Below, piece after piece: positions 36,689 through 46,656 of a stretch of DNA of 64,000 nucleotides. Source of the DNA: an uncultured Caulobacterales bacterium (GTDB lineage Bacteria > Pseudomonadota > Alphaproteobacteria > Caulobacterales > Maricaulaceae); assembly GCA_937927825.1 (NCBI GenBank), contig CALFWV010000042.1, positions 9,980 to 73,979 of the forward strand, written 5' to 3'. Numbering within the stretch: the stretch's first letter is position 1; each line of letters opens with the position of its first letter. The notes under the pieces are model-generated. The model worked only from the letters and a program-made list of their open reading frames with translations. It was not told the origin of the DNA and ran no database searches. The translations under genes were made by a program, and so were the position numbers.

Positions 36689-37282
36689 TTATTTCCGGTA
36701 AGCCCGTGTGATAATCACCGTGTCTTTTAGGATTTGCCCCCGGGTGACGGCTTCATCTGAGTTCGCAGCTGTTTCCATGGCCTGAATAGCGCGCGCGACG
36801 TCGAGACCTTTGGTGACGCGGGCAAAAGTCGCGTAGCCCTGCCCGTCCGGATTTCGCGACCCGCCCGTATCCAGAAAATCATTATTCCCAATATTGATAA
36901 AGAAATAAGCCGCGCTCCCCGTACCGGGCTCAAGCCGTGCAATCGCGACCGCGCCGTCCCGATTGCTGATACCTGTGTCCGTTGTCAGCTCATGCGCGAT
37001 GGGTCCGCCAACCATGTCCTGATCCAAACGTCCGCCTTGGATAAGGCTCATCCCCATTTCGCGCGGGTCATTATCCGCCCGCACAACGCGGTAAAACCCC
37101 TGCCCGTCATAAAGACCGCCATCGACATAGCGCAGGAAGTCCCCCGCGCTGATGGGAGCCTTGTCCGGATAGACGGTAATTTCAATCGGGCCCGCTGTCG
37201 TCTCGAGCACAATTACGGGCAGCTCCGTCTGCGGCGTGCAAGCCATACCCAATAGCCCCAAACTTAAAATCCAGTGTTTCAT
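36689..37282 (-). CDS. Cyclophilin-type peptidyl-prolyl cis-trans isomerase, lipoprotein
   Basis: LLGMAC lipobox; YPDKAPISAGDFLRYV..GLYDG..FYRVV, IQGG, FFINIGNNDFLD, GYATFARV. Start MKHW at 37282. Confidence 0.9.
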   Translation of the reverse strand: MKHWILSLGLLGMACTPQTELPVIVLETTAGPIEITVYPDKAPISAGDFLRYVDGGLYDGQGFYRVVRADNDPREMGMSLIQGGRLDQDMVGGPIAHELTTDTGISNRDGAVAIARLEPGTGSAAYFFINIGNNDFLDTGGSRNPDGQGYATFARVTKGLDVARAIQAMETAANSDEAVTRGQILKDTVIITRAYRK

Positions 37283-37370
37283 GAATACTAGATGAACCTT
37301 GGGGCGCCTCGTGTCGAGATATTCAGACACCATTCAGACGGCCAAACTTAGTGAGGATGTAAGGTCGCTG

Positions 37371-37500
37371 GCGTACACATCTGGGGGGATGAACGCAGGC
37401 GGCCTGGGCAGGTTGAGTGGCACTGGTTGCCCCCTAAGCCGTTCCCTGCCCGCCTATGCCTGTTTCGTAGAAATTTACGTTTGAGCCCCCTGCTGTAGGC
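37371..37500. ncRNA. Candidate rod-shaped structured RNA between pgi and the cyclophilin gene
   Basis: Nested complementary segments GCGTACA/TGTAGGC, GGGGG/CCCCC, ATGAACGCAGGC/GCCTGTTTCGT, GGC/GCC, GGGCAGG/CCTGCCC, with a 17-nt AT-rich one-sided bubble. Confidence 0.4.
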
Positions 37501-37577
37501 AGTCTTTACTCCAATAAACCTCCGGCTTGGCCGCGAACGACGTTTTGAGCGGGTAACTCATAAAATTGGGCAGACCT

Positions 37578-39137
37578 TTACTTCACCAGTCCCATCAACG
37601 CCGTTGTAGACGGATCATGGTCGCCCGCTGCTCCCGCGGCCATCTCCAACAGAATAGTCTCAGCCAGCACTTTACCAAGCTCCACGCCCCATTGGTCAAA
37701 ACTATTCACGTTCCAAATGATGCCTTGGACAAAGGTTTTATGCTCATAAAGCGCAATTAAGTGTCCGAGCGCATTTGGGGATAATTCATCCAAAGTAATC
37801 GTCGTCGATGGACGATTGCCCGGGAAGGTCTTTTGCGGGGCAAGCGCGTCAATATCAGCGCGGGCCGCATTTTCCTTGCGCACAACAGCCTCGTCTTTTC
37901 CGAGCATCAAAGCTTCGGATTGCGCGAAACAATTGGCGAGCAGGGCCGCGTGATGTGCGGGGCGATTTTCGTGATCTGTTAACACAGCGACAAAATCAAC
38001 AGGCGCGCCGCCATAGCGGCCTTCGCTTGGCCCTTGATGCAGCCATTGAAAAAAGGCGTGCTGGCCATTTGTACCTTCATCGCCCCAAATGACCGGACAG
38101 GTTAGTGTTGTGGCATCGCCATCACGTGTTGCGGATTTACCGTTACTCTCCATTTCCAACTGTTGCAGGAAGGCTGAGAATTTCCGCAAACGACGCGCAT
38201 AAGGAATGACGGCCTGAGAGCCATAACCCAAACCGTTTCGATTCCAAATGCCAACAAGCGCCATCATGACGGGCAGATTTTCCTGCAAAGGTTGGTCCCG
38301 GAAATGCAAATCCATGGCTTTCGCGCCGTCCAGAAAATCACTGAACACATCGGGACCGTAGGCGATTTGCAAAGACAGGCCGACAGCGGACCAAACGGAA
38401 TAACGTCCGCCAACCCAATCCCAAAAATCAAAGATATTTTCCGGCGCGATCCCAAAATCAACAGCACGGTCGCGGTTGGCTGTCACGGCAATCATATTCG
38501 TGCCGCCATATTGGCCGAGCCAGTCCCGAACGCTTTCACCGTTCATTTTGGTTTCTTGTGTGCCGAAAGATTTCGACACAACCACAGCTAATGTTTCCGC
38601 CGGGTTCAGCCCTTTGATGGCGTCATTCACCGACGCACCATCTACGTTTTCAGCAAATCGGAGCGTCAAGCTTTGTTCAGCCCGAGCCTCAAACGCATCC
38701 GCGACAAGACGCGGGCCGAGGTCCGACCCGCCAATGCCGATATGGACAATATTTTTGAATTTGCCGTCAGCGCGAAGGGCATTGGCGTAATCGGCCATAC
38801 GCGTGCGCATCTCTGCGACTTCTTTTTGATTTTCGGCTGTCCCGCCGACGCCGCGCAAAGCCATATGCAGGACTGCGCGATCTTCGGATGTATTGACCCG
38901 TTCGCCGGAAAAGAGTTTCGCGCGCCATTCCTCCAAATCACATTTCGCAGCGAGGTCCAGCAGCGCGTCCAGGGCTTTGCCGTCCAGCGCCTGTTTCGAA
39001 AAATCCGCTCGCAAGGGACCTTCACGCATAACGAAACGCGAGAGGCGATTTGGCTCAGCATCAAAGAGAGACGCGATAGAAATATCGCGGTCCGCTTCCG
39101 ATGCGAGGGTGGAGAGAAAATTATGCCGGTTCGTCAT
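37578..39137 (-). CDS. pgi: Glucose-6-phosphate isomerase
   Basis: VHIGIGGSDLGP, VVSKSFGTQET, FWDWVGGRYSVWSAVG, QQLEMESNGK, GTNGQHAFFQWLHQG, NSFDQWGVELGK. Start MTNRH at 39137. Confidence 0.98.
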   Translation of the reverse strand: MTNRHNFLSTLASEADRDISIASLFDAEPNRLSRFVMREGPLRADFSKQALDGKALDALLDLAAKCDLEEWRAKLFSGERVNTSEDRAVLHMALRGVGGTAENQKEVAEMRTRMADYANALRADGKFKNIVHIGIGGSDLGPRLVADAFEARAEQSLTLRFAENVDGASVNDAIKGLNPAETLAVVVSKSFGTQETKMNGESVRDWLGQYGGTNMIAVTANRDRAVDFGIAPENIFDFWDWVGGRYSVWSAVGLSLQIAYGPDVFSDFLDGAKAMDLHFRDQPLQENLPVMMALVGIWNRNGLGYGSQAVIPYARRLRKFSAFLQQLEMESNGKSATRDGDATTLTCPVIWGDEGTNGQHAFFQWLHQGPSEGRYGGAPVDFVAVLTDHENRPAHHAALLANCFAQSEALMLGKDEAVVRKENAARADIDALAPQKTFPGNRPSTTITLDELSPNALGHLIALYEHKTFVQGIIWNVNSFDQWGVELGKVLAETILLEMAAGAAGDHDPSTTALMGLVK

Positions 39138-39189
39138 TGTATAATCCTGAGAAGTCGTCCCCCGCCGTGAGAGCGGGAAACGCGTGCCG

Positions 39190-39903
39190 TTATCTAATCG
39201 CAGCTTGTTGTAACTCACACAACTCGCCAATGCCTTTGACGGCAAGGCGCGTCAGTTCATTCATTTCATCTGCTGTAAAGGGGGTATCTTCAGCGCTGGC
39301 TTGGACTTCGATGATGCCGCCCTTATCGGTCAGGACGAAATTGGCATCCGCTTGAGCGGCGCTGTCTTCCGTATATTCCAAATCCAGACGACAGTCGCCA
39401 TCGACAATACCGCAGCTCACAGCCGCCATATTGGCGAACATTGGGTTTTCCGTCAGTTCTCCGTCTGTCACAAGTTTTTCGCAGGCCAGCCAGAGCGCGA
39501 CCCAGCCGCCGGAAATTGACGCCGTCCGCGTTCCGCCATCGGCTTGCATCACGTCGCAATCGACAATGATTTGCCGTTCGCCCAATTTTTCCAAATCAAT
39601 CACGGCACGTAAGGATCGGCCAATGAGGCGGGAAATTTCAATGGTCCGACCGCTTTGCTTTCCGCGTGCCGCTTCGCGAGAATTGCGCGTGTGTGTTGAC
39701 CGCGGCAGCATACCATATTCTGCCGTGACCCAACCGCGCCCTTTGCCTTTCAGCCAACGCGGGACGCCCGCATCAATTGACGCCGTACAGAGCACATGTG
39801 TCCCGCCGAATTTTACAAGGCAGGATCCTTCCGCATAGGCATTTGCGCCGGCTTCAAAAGAAACATGGCGAAGTTGGTCGAAAGCACGGTCATTGGGGCG
39901 CAT
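39190..39903 (-). CDS. rph: Ribonuclease PH
   Basis: [67 protein letters not shown]. Confidence 0.98.
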   Translation of the reverse strand: MRPNDRAFDQLRHVSFEAGANAYAEGSCLVKFGGTHVLCTASIDAGVPRWLKGKGRGWVTAEYGMLPRSTHTRNSREAARGKQSGRTIEISRLIGRSLRAVIDLEKLGERQIIVDCDVMQADGGTRTASISGGWVALWLACEKLVTDGELTENPMFANMAAVSCGIVDGDCRLDLEYTEDSAAQADANFVLTDKGGIIEVQASAEDTPFTADEMNELTRLAVKGIGELCELQQAAIR

Positions 39904-39937
39904 GGGAAATCCTATATGTTTTCAAATCTTATTGAGG

Positions 39938-40618
39938 TCAAAGTCTGGTAAATTTAAAATAATGGCACGGCCGGCCTTCGCGTCCGGCTTTGGCCTCGTA
40001 ACGCGTGCCGGGCCAATCCTCGCCGCGCACCCGCCAATCGGAGTTTTTAGTCTGGGTGAAGCCCCAGCCGCCCCCCTTACCATCAGGAAACCTTTTGAGG
40101 CGTGAGAGCGTCCAGTCGACATAGTGAATAATATCACTGGCAAAGCGCAGCTCTCCACCAGGTTTCAAAACGCGGTGAAGCTCCCCAATAAATTTTGTCC
40201 GTAAGAGACGCCGCTTATGATGGCGGAGCTTTGGCCAGGGATCCGGGAATAGAATAAATATTTTCGAGAGAGACGCGTCGGGCAGAGCTTCAAGTAAGTC
40301 CCGGACGTCACCATGATGCAAAGACAGGTTTTTCAACGTCGCATCATGGGCACCGCGTACGGCTTTCGCCACGCCGTTCAAAAAGGGTTCCGCGCCAACG
40401 AGATGTATGTCGGGATGATGCTCTGCCTGCCACAACATATGTTCCGCGCCGCCGAAACCGATTTCAAGCCACAGCTCTCCCGTCGGCAAAGACGCATCCA
40501 TATCCCATTTCAGCTGCGCGAAGGTCTTATCCCAAATCGCTTGCATATGGGGCGACAGGTTACGACCCTTGGCCCGGCCAAAGGTTCGGAATTTATCAGT
40601 TTCGCGGTCGAAGCTCAT
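39938..40618 (-). CDS. trmB: tRNA (guanine-N7)-methyltransferase
   Basis: WLEIGFGGAEH, GAEPFLNGV, LFPDPWPKLRHHKRRL, RFASDIIHY, TRYEAKA. Confidence 0.97.
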   Translation of the reverse strand: MSFDRETDKFRTFGRAKGRNLSPHMQAIWDKTFAQLKWDMDASLPTGELWLEIGFGGAEHMLWQAEHHPDIHLVGAEPFLNGVAKAVRGAHDATLKNLSLHHGDVRDLLEALPDASLSKIFILFPDPWPKLRHHKRRLLRTKFIGELHRVLKPGGELRFASDIIHYVDWTLSRLKRFPDGKGGGWGFTQTKNSDWRVRGEDWPGTRYEAKAGREGRPCHYFKFTRL

Positions 40619-40657
40619 GGCCGCGCCTATAGGCGGCGCGGCGCAAACTATAAAGTG

Positions 40658-41092
40658 CTATTCGTCTTGATTATCACCCAGAGAGCGGGCGAGTTCCAGA
40701 ATTTGGCGACGGACAGCTTTGTTTTTGATTTTCAACACAGCTTTGGCGAGGCTGACCCCATCCGTCGAATTGATGAATTCATAGACAATCGGCGACTGAT
40801 CCGGTGTTTCGGACAAAAGCGCTGAGCTTTCAGATTGCCCGCCATATTCCGTTGATAAACCATCGTAGAAAAAACTGACCGGCACATCGAGAACTTCGGA
40901 GAGTTTCCAAAGGCGACTGGCCCCAATACGGTTTGCACCCCGTTCGTATTTTTGAACTTGCTGAAAGGTGACGCCCAACTGCTCACCAAGTTTTTCCTGA
41001 CTTAATCGCAGAATTTTACGACGTAATCTTACGCGTGCGCCCACATGCACATCCACCGGATTCGGTGACCGTGGGCCAAGTTTCTCACTCAT
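40658..41092 (-). CDS. XRE-family HTH transcriptional regulator
   Basis: PNPVDVHVGARVRLRR..LSQEKLGEQLGVTFQQVQKYERGANRIGASRL. Start MSEKL at 41092. Confidence 0.95.
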   Translation of the reverse strand: MSEKLGPRSPNPVDVHVGARVRLRRKILRLSQEKLGEQLGVTFQQVQKYERGANRIGASRLWKLSEVLDVPVSFFYDGLSTEYGGQSESSALLSETPDQSPIVYEFINSTDGVSLAKAVLKIKNKAVRRQILELARSLGDNQDE

Positions 41093-41181
41093 TTTTTTCC
41101 CATCTACGTTCGGTGCCTGACGACAAGCGCCCATGGTGCCCCCACCAAAAGAAGTCGAACGTGTATTTAAGTTATCGTAAA

Positions 41182-42771
41182 TCAGCCACGTGGTCCCACA
41201 CCGCGACGGCTAACAAGCGGTATTATGACGCATATTAACAAACTTATCAATAGCAACGCCAAATCGATAAACTTAATATTTCCATTAAATTTTAGAGGCT
41301 TAAGCAAGGGAGTGTCTATATACTGTGTTTTTTGAGTCACAACCTGTCCGTGAATTCTGCCATAAGGGTCAATTTGGGCGCTTATTCCGTTTGAAGCGGC
41401 GCGGATAATCGGAAGACCCGTTTCAATCGCGCGGTAGCGGGCAATATTCGCATGCTGCGCCGGTCCGGCACTTTTCCCGAACCACGCATCATTAGATTGG
41501 TTTAGTATAAATTCCGCCGGGGTCCCATCCCCGCTCGGTGTGAGTCCGGGAAAGGCGACCTCATAGCAAAGCTGTGGCGACAGGCGGGGCAGTCCCGGAA
41601 AATCGGCGAGGCGCTTTTCTTTTGCGGGAGAGATAGAGGCCAGATTTGTAGAAATCAGCGGAAATTGCACATCATCAAACCAATCCATAAAGGGGATATG
41701 TTCGCCAAAGGCCACGAGTTTCCGTTTGCGGTTGGCGCCCGCAACGGCTGGGATGCCGTTTGGATCAAATGTAATGGCGACAGATACGTTGTAATAGCGC
41801 TGACGCCCCTGTTCCATCTCCGTCTGGAGCGAGTTCATCAACCAAACCGGCGGCGTCGCGTCATCTTGGGCCAGCAAGCCCCCAACCGCATTTAGCAAAT
41901 CGGGATCATCCATCGCCGGGCCATAAAACCCGCGCACGGCGCCTTCCGGCCAGACAAGATGCGTGACCTCTTTAATCCCGGGTTTGATACTGGCGATAAT
42001 GAAATCATTGGTAATCGCGACCGAACTATTTTGGTCCATCATGTCTGATTGTTTAAACGGCACAGAGACGATGCGCATGTTTATATTCGGCTGATAGTCC
42101 AGCGCTGCGCTTGAGAGACGCAGATGTCCAATTCCGTAGAAGACAAGAATTGGGACAGCCGCCAAAATCATAGGCCAACGCTTTTCCCGCCAGAAAATGG
42201 CTTGCCCCAAAGCCGCCGCGACCATCAGGACCAAAGCCGACAAACCATACGCCCCAATCCAGCGGGCAATTTGCGAGGGTCGCGATCCGGCTTCAAAAAT
42301 ATAGGCCGGCAGATTCCAAGGAAACCCACCGAAAATATGCCCCCGTGTCAGCTCTGCCAGGATGAAGGCGGCTGCAAATGCCAGCACGGCCAAAAACCCG
42401 GACAGCTTTGCCCGCGCAAGAAAGGCCCCGGCCAGCCCCCAAAACACAGCAAGCAAGAGCGCGAGCCCCGCCACCATAAATGGCATGATTGGAATAAATT
42501 CTGGACCGCGTTCAACAAAGGCCGAGCCAACCCAAAAGGTGCCGGCCGCAAAATATCCCAAAGCCCACCACATGCCGGCGGAAAATCCGCGCCGCCCGGG
42601 GCGCTGGGCTTCGGCGGCCCATTGCAGCCGCCCGAACAAACAGGCCAGAGAAATGAGCGTGATTGGCCAAAAATGAAAAGGCGCGTGCCCCAAAACAGCC
42701 AGCGCGCCTAACAGCAGCCCAACACCGCGTCCGGCCCACCCGTCGGTACGAAGTATCAACGGAGCCTGCAT
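41182..42771 (-). CDS. lnt: Apolipoprotein N-acyltransferase
   Basis: GGFPWNL, LVWPEGA, RKRKLVAFGEHIP, QLCYEVAFP, NQSNDAWFG, QHANIARYRAIETG. Confidence 0.96.
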   Translation of the reverse strand: MQAPLILRTDGWAGRGVGLLLGALAVLGHAPFHFWPITLISLACLFGRLQWAAEAQRPGRRGFSAGMWWALGYFAAGTFWVGSAFVERGPEFIPIMPFMVAGLALLLAVFWGLAGAFLARAKLSGFLAVLAFAAAFILAELTRGHIFGGFPWNLPAYIFEAGSRPSQIARWIGAYGLSALVLMVAAALGQAIFWREKRWPMILAAVPILVFYGIGHLRLSSAALDYQPNINMRIVSVPFKQSDMMDQNSSVAITNDFIIASIKPGIKEVTHLVWPEGAVRGFYGPAMDDPDLLNAVGGLLAQDDATPPVWLMNSLQTEMEQGRQRYYNVSVAITFDPNGIPAVAGANRKRKLVAFGEHIPFMDWFDDVQFPLISTNLASISPAKEKRLADFPGLPRLSPQLCYEVAFPGLTPSGDGTPAEFILNQSNDAWFGKSAGPAQHANIARYRAIETGLPIIRAASNGISAQIDPYGRIHGQVVTQKTQYIDTPLLKPLKFNGNIKFIDLALLLISLLICVIIPLVSRRGVGPRG

Positions 42772-43731
42772 TTAGGAGGTCTGTTTAGGCGCGGCCGGGT
42801 CTGCTGCCCCGCCTTCAACTGTCTTTTTGGCGACCTTCTTATCTATCGACTCCAGTGGCTTTCGTTTCGTATCCGCAATACGCAAACGTTTCACACGGCG
42901 CGAGTCGGCATCCATGACTTCAAATTCCACACCCGAAGCATGGCGGATAATTTCACCGCGCTCCGGCACGCGGCCCGCCAGAGTAAATATCAATCCGCCC
43001 AGCGTATCGACATCATCTTCTTCGTCAGGAGTCGCGAAATCCCGGCCCATCGTTTTTTCAAAATCATCAATAAGGACCCGCGCATCGGCCTCCCAAACAG
43101 AGCGTCCATTCTTGCCGGTCACGATTTGAACTTCGGGCTCTTGCTCGTCATGTTCATCATCAATATCGCCGACAATGGTTTCAATCAGATCTTCAATCGT
43201 GACCAACCCATCCGTACCGCCATATTCATCGACCACAACCGCCATGTGAATGCGCCGTCCTTGCATCCGCCGCAGCAGATCCTGCGCCAGCATGGAAGGC
43301 GGGACAAAGAGGACTTCGCGCCGGATATATTGGAGCACCTTTTTCGCCGGATAGGTTTTATTTGTGCGCCCTTTTGCATCCAACATGAGGTAGGGCAGTA
43401 AGTCTTTAATATGGACCATGCCCGTCGGCTCATCCAAAGTATCCTTATAAACCGGCAAACGCGAATGCCCGGCAACCTTAAATGCGGCGGAGAGTTCTGT
43501 CAGCGTTGCGCCGCTATCCACGGCGACGATATCAGCGCGCGGGACCATAACGTCATCCACCCGCAAACGGTGAAAGCGCTCTGCGGCGTTTACCATACGG
43601 CGCTGTGACAAATCAGACGCTTTCGGCGTCGTCGGCACATGCGGCTCGGGGCGTTTGAGAAGGTCACGCAAGCGGCGCTTTGGCGGCAATGCGGGCGGGA
43701 TGTCGTCGGTCATGATAAGATTAGTCGTCAC
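42772..43731 (-). CDS. corC: CBS-domain hemolysin/CorC family protein
   Basis: [55 protein letters not shown], CorC C-terminal domain. Confidence 0.93.
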   Translation of the reverse strand: MTTNLIMTDDIPPALPPKRRLRDLLKRPEPHVPTTPKASDLSQRRMVNAAERFHRLRVDDVMVPRADIVAVDSGATLTELSAAFKVAGHSRLPVYKDTLDEPTGMVHIKDLLPYLMLDAKGRTNKTYPAKKVLQYIRREVLFVPPSMLAQDLLRRMQGRRIHMAVVVDEYGGTDGLVTIEDLIETIVGDIDDEHDEQEPEVQIVTGKNGRSVWEADARVLIDDFEKTMGRDFATPDEEDDVDTLGGLIFTLAGRVPERGEIIRHASGVEFEVMDADSRRVKRLRIADTKRKPLESIDKKVAKKTVEGGAADPAAPKQTS

Positions 43732-44167
43732 TCACCTGATAAGGGTTGTCAATGCCTAGGGTCGCCAGAGCCGCAATTTCAATAGATTCCATCTCCGCAG
43801 CCGCTGCCTCTTCCACATGGTCGAACCCCTGTAGATGTAGCCAGCCATGGATGATAAGATGGGTCACATGCGCTTCAAAGGTGACGCCCTTCTCCAGCGC
43901 CTCTCGCGCCACGGTTTCCCGCGCCAAAATAATGTCACCTAAAAGCGGTCCGGTTTGCGGAAAGGACAACACATTGGTCGGCGCATCTTTCCCCCGATAA
44001 TCACGGTTCAAAACCTGCACCTGCGCATCATCGGATAACACCAGCGACAACTCACCCGCCCGCCTATCTTCCAGCTGCGCCGCAGCGCTCGCAACGGCCG
44101 CCTGCGCAAGGTCTAAGCAGTCAGCCCAGCCTCCGGCTTGAACGGCAATGTCGATGGGATGTTTCAT
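43721..44167 (-). CDS. ybeY: rRNA maturation endoribonuclease YbeY
   Basis: LNRDYRGKDAPTNVLSFP, LGDIIL, HLIIHGWLHLQGFDH. Start MKHPI at 44167. Confidence 0.96.
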   Translation of the reverse strand: MKHPIDIAVQAGGWADCLDLAQAAVASAAAQLEDRRAGELSLVLSDDAQVQVLNRDYRGKDAPTNVLSFPQTGPLLGDIILARETVAREALEKGVTFEAHVTHLIIHGWLHLQGFDHVEEAAAAEMESIEIAALATLGIDNPYQVSDD

Positions 44168-44401
44168 GGCGGGGGCCATAGGCGGTGTCAGCAGCTTTGG
44201 GAAGGGGCAGCGATGAAACATTTGCGCCTTTGCCATTTCGGTGAAGGGCCAAGCCGGTTTGTTTCACATGGCCGCTGAAACCCAATGCGCATTGGATAAT
44301 TTTAATCTTGCGGAATGAGCTTTAGAGTTAGTCGACTTTAATCTATATGAGGTTTAAATTCGCGGGCTCGATACAGCAGCTCATTTTCAGAGGGACACGC
44401 A

Positions 44402-46585
44402 ATGCGACTTAACATTTCTATCCGTAAGGTTTTACTTGGAACCACCGCTGCACTGGTACTCGCTGGCTGCGACGCAGCCAATCAACCCGCGACGGAGACA
44501 AAAGATATGGCGGATCAGACGGACATTCAGGTCGCAAAAAGTGCAACCGACAACACGGTTTTACAGCCTTGGACCGGCCCATATGACGGCGTGCCGGCCT
44601 GGGACGAAATCAAAGTGTCTGATTTCCCGGAAGCGTTCCAAGTGACGATGGATAAGGTCAAAGCAGAAGTAAACGCTATTCGTGATAACCCCGAGCCTCC
44701 CACATTTCAAAACTTCACGGAGCCTATGGAGCTTGCCGGAAGCAGTGCAAATGAGCTTTTCGCCATCTGGGGCGTACATTCCAGTAATCTTTCCAATGCC
44801 GAAGTCCGCGAAATTCAGGGCGAATGGCTGCCAAAGGTCTCTGCCTTTTTTAACGAGCTGACATTGGACCCAAAACTACTGGAAAAAACAAAAGCCGTTT
44901 ATGACACGCGTGCCAGCGCAGATCTGGACGCACAGCAGTTGCGGCTCGTGGAGCGCAATTATGAAGAACTGGTCCGAAACGGCGCCTTATTGGAAGGCGC
45001 CGAGAAGGAAAAGCTCATCGCGCTGAATACTGAATTGTCGAAACAATTTAATACGTTTTCGAATAAGGTCCTCGCGGATGAGGAAACCTATATTTTTCTC
45101 ACCGACACAGCAGACTTGGCCGGGTTATCGGATAGTTTTGTTGCCTCAATCAAGGCCGCCGCGGAAGCCCAAGGCAAAGAAGGGTGGGCGCTGAAAAACA
45201 CGCGCTCTGTGATGCAGCCTTTCTTGCAAAATTCGACCCGTCGGGATTTGCGCGAGAAAGTCTATAACGCCTATATCAATCGCGGTGACAATGGTGACGC
45301 AAATGACACCAATGCAACCATCGCAAAAATTCTGGACATTCGAGCGGAGCGCGCGAAGTTGCTAGGCTTTAAAACGCATGCACATTACCGCATGGCCGAC
45401 ACGATGGCGAAAGAGCCGGAGGTCGCGATGGATTTAATGATGCAAGTCTGGCCCGCTGCCGTGGCACGGGTCAAAGAAGAAGTCGCGGATATGCAAGCGG
45501 TCGCAGATACCGAAAATGCCAACATAACTATTGCGCCATGGGATTACCGTTTCTACGCGGAAAAGGTTCGCAAGGCGAAATATGATCTCGATGCCGCGGA
45601 AATTAAACCTTATTTCAAGCTCGATAATATGGTCGATGCCATGTTTGATGCCGCAGGCAAACTTTACGGCATGACCTTCACAGATAACACAGGCAGCGTT
45701 CCGGTGTTTGATCCCGAAGTCCGGACCTTTGAGGTAAAACGCGGGGACAAACTCATTGGGCTTTTTTATCTCGATAATTTTGCGCGAGAGGGAAAGCGGT
45801 CCGGCGCTTGGATGACAACCTATCGTAGCCGATATGATTTGGGCGGGAAGAACCGCTATGTTTTGGCCTCCAACAATAATAATTTTGTCAAAGGCGGAGA
45901 CGGAGAGCCAACGCTTATCAGCCTAGATGATGCAACAACACTGTTTCACGAATTTGGTCATGCGCTGCATTATCTGAATTATGATATTAAATATCCGGGC
46001 CTCGGCGGCACGCCGCGGGACTTTGTCGAATATCCCAGCCAAGTGAACGAGAACTGGCTCCTGACCCGTTACGTTTTGGACAATTATGCAAAACATGCGG
46101 AGACCGGAAAGCCGATGCCTCAGGCACTGGTCGACAAAATTAATACCTCCAAAACTTTCAATGAGGGATTCGCGACAGTCGAATATCTATCCAGTGCCAT
46201 TGTCGATATGAAACTTCATAATCGGGCAAAGCCTGTGACTAACGTCGATAAATTTGAGCACGAAACGCTAACTGAAATCGGTATGCCGAAAGAGATTGTG
46301 ATGCGTCATCGCCTTCCGCAATTTAATCACCTGTTCTCATCAGACGCCTATTCGGCGGGCTATTATAGCTACCTCTGGTCCGAGACAATGGATGCGGATA
46401 CTTGGGCTGCATTTGAAGAAGCCGGAAGCCCTTGGGACAAAGATACCGCAGAAGCGTTCCGCTCAATTATCATGTCGACAGCGAATGAGACCGACCGCAA
46501 GGACGCCTATCGCGCGTTCCGTGGACGCGACCCGGAAGTTAAATATATTTTGCGAAAGCGCGGCTTCCCGGTTCCAAACGAATAA
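44402..46585 (+). CDS. dcp: M3 family metallopeptidase (peptidyl-dipeptidase Dcp-like), lipoprotein
   Basis: VLAGC lipobox; REGKRSGAWM, TLFHEFGHALH, RDFVEYPSQVNENW, YSAGYYSYLWSE. Confidence 0.93.
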   Translation: MRLNISIRKVLLGTTAALVLAGCDAANQPATETKDMADQTDIQVAKSATDNTVLQPWTGPYDGVPAWDEIKVSDFPEAFQVTMDKVKAEVNAIRDNPEPPTFQNFTEPMELAGSSANELFAIWGVHSSNLSNAEVREIQGEWLPKVSAFFNELTLDPKLLEKTKAVYDTRASADLDAQQLRLVERNYEELVRNGALLEGAEKEKLIALNTELSKQFNTFSNKVLADEETYIFLTDTADLAGLSDSFVASIKAAAEAQGKEGWALKNTRSVMQPFLQNSTRRDLREKVYNAYINRGDNGDANDTNATIAKILDIRAERAKLLGFKTHAHYRMADTMAKEPEVAMDLMMQVWPAAVARVKEEVADMQAVADTENANITIAPWDYRFYAEKVRKAKYDLDAAEIKPYFKLDNMVDAMFDAAGKLYGMTFTDNTGSVPVFDPEVRTFEVKRGDKLIGLFYLDNFAREGKRSGAWMTTYRSRYDLGGKNRYVLASNNNNFVKGGDGEPTLISLDDATTLFHEFGHALHYLNYDIKYPGLGGTPRDFVEYPSQVNENWLLTRYVLDNYAKHAETGKPMPQALVDKINTSKTFNEGFATVEYLSSAIVDMKLHNRAKPVTNVDKFEHETLTEIGMPKEIVMRHRLPQFNHLFSSDAYSAGYYSYLWSETMDADTWAAFEEAGSPWDKDTAEAFRSIIMSTANETDRKDAYRAFRGRDPEVKYILRKRGFPVPNE

Positions 46586-46656
46586 GGCCGCATTGGCCGC
46601 GCGGCTTTAACGTTTTCTCTCTTCCCGCGCGGGCCTGCCCGCGCTAACGCGGGGTT

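Noticed and set aside
37474-37560. 28-codon ORF MSYPLKTSFAAKPEVYWSKDCLQQGAQT just after pgi
   Set aside because: No RBS and no recognisable family; cannot be supported without conservation or ribosome data.
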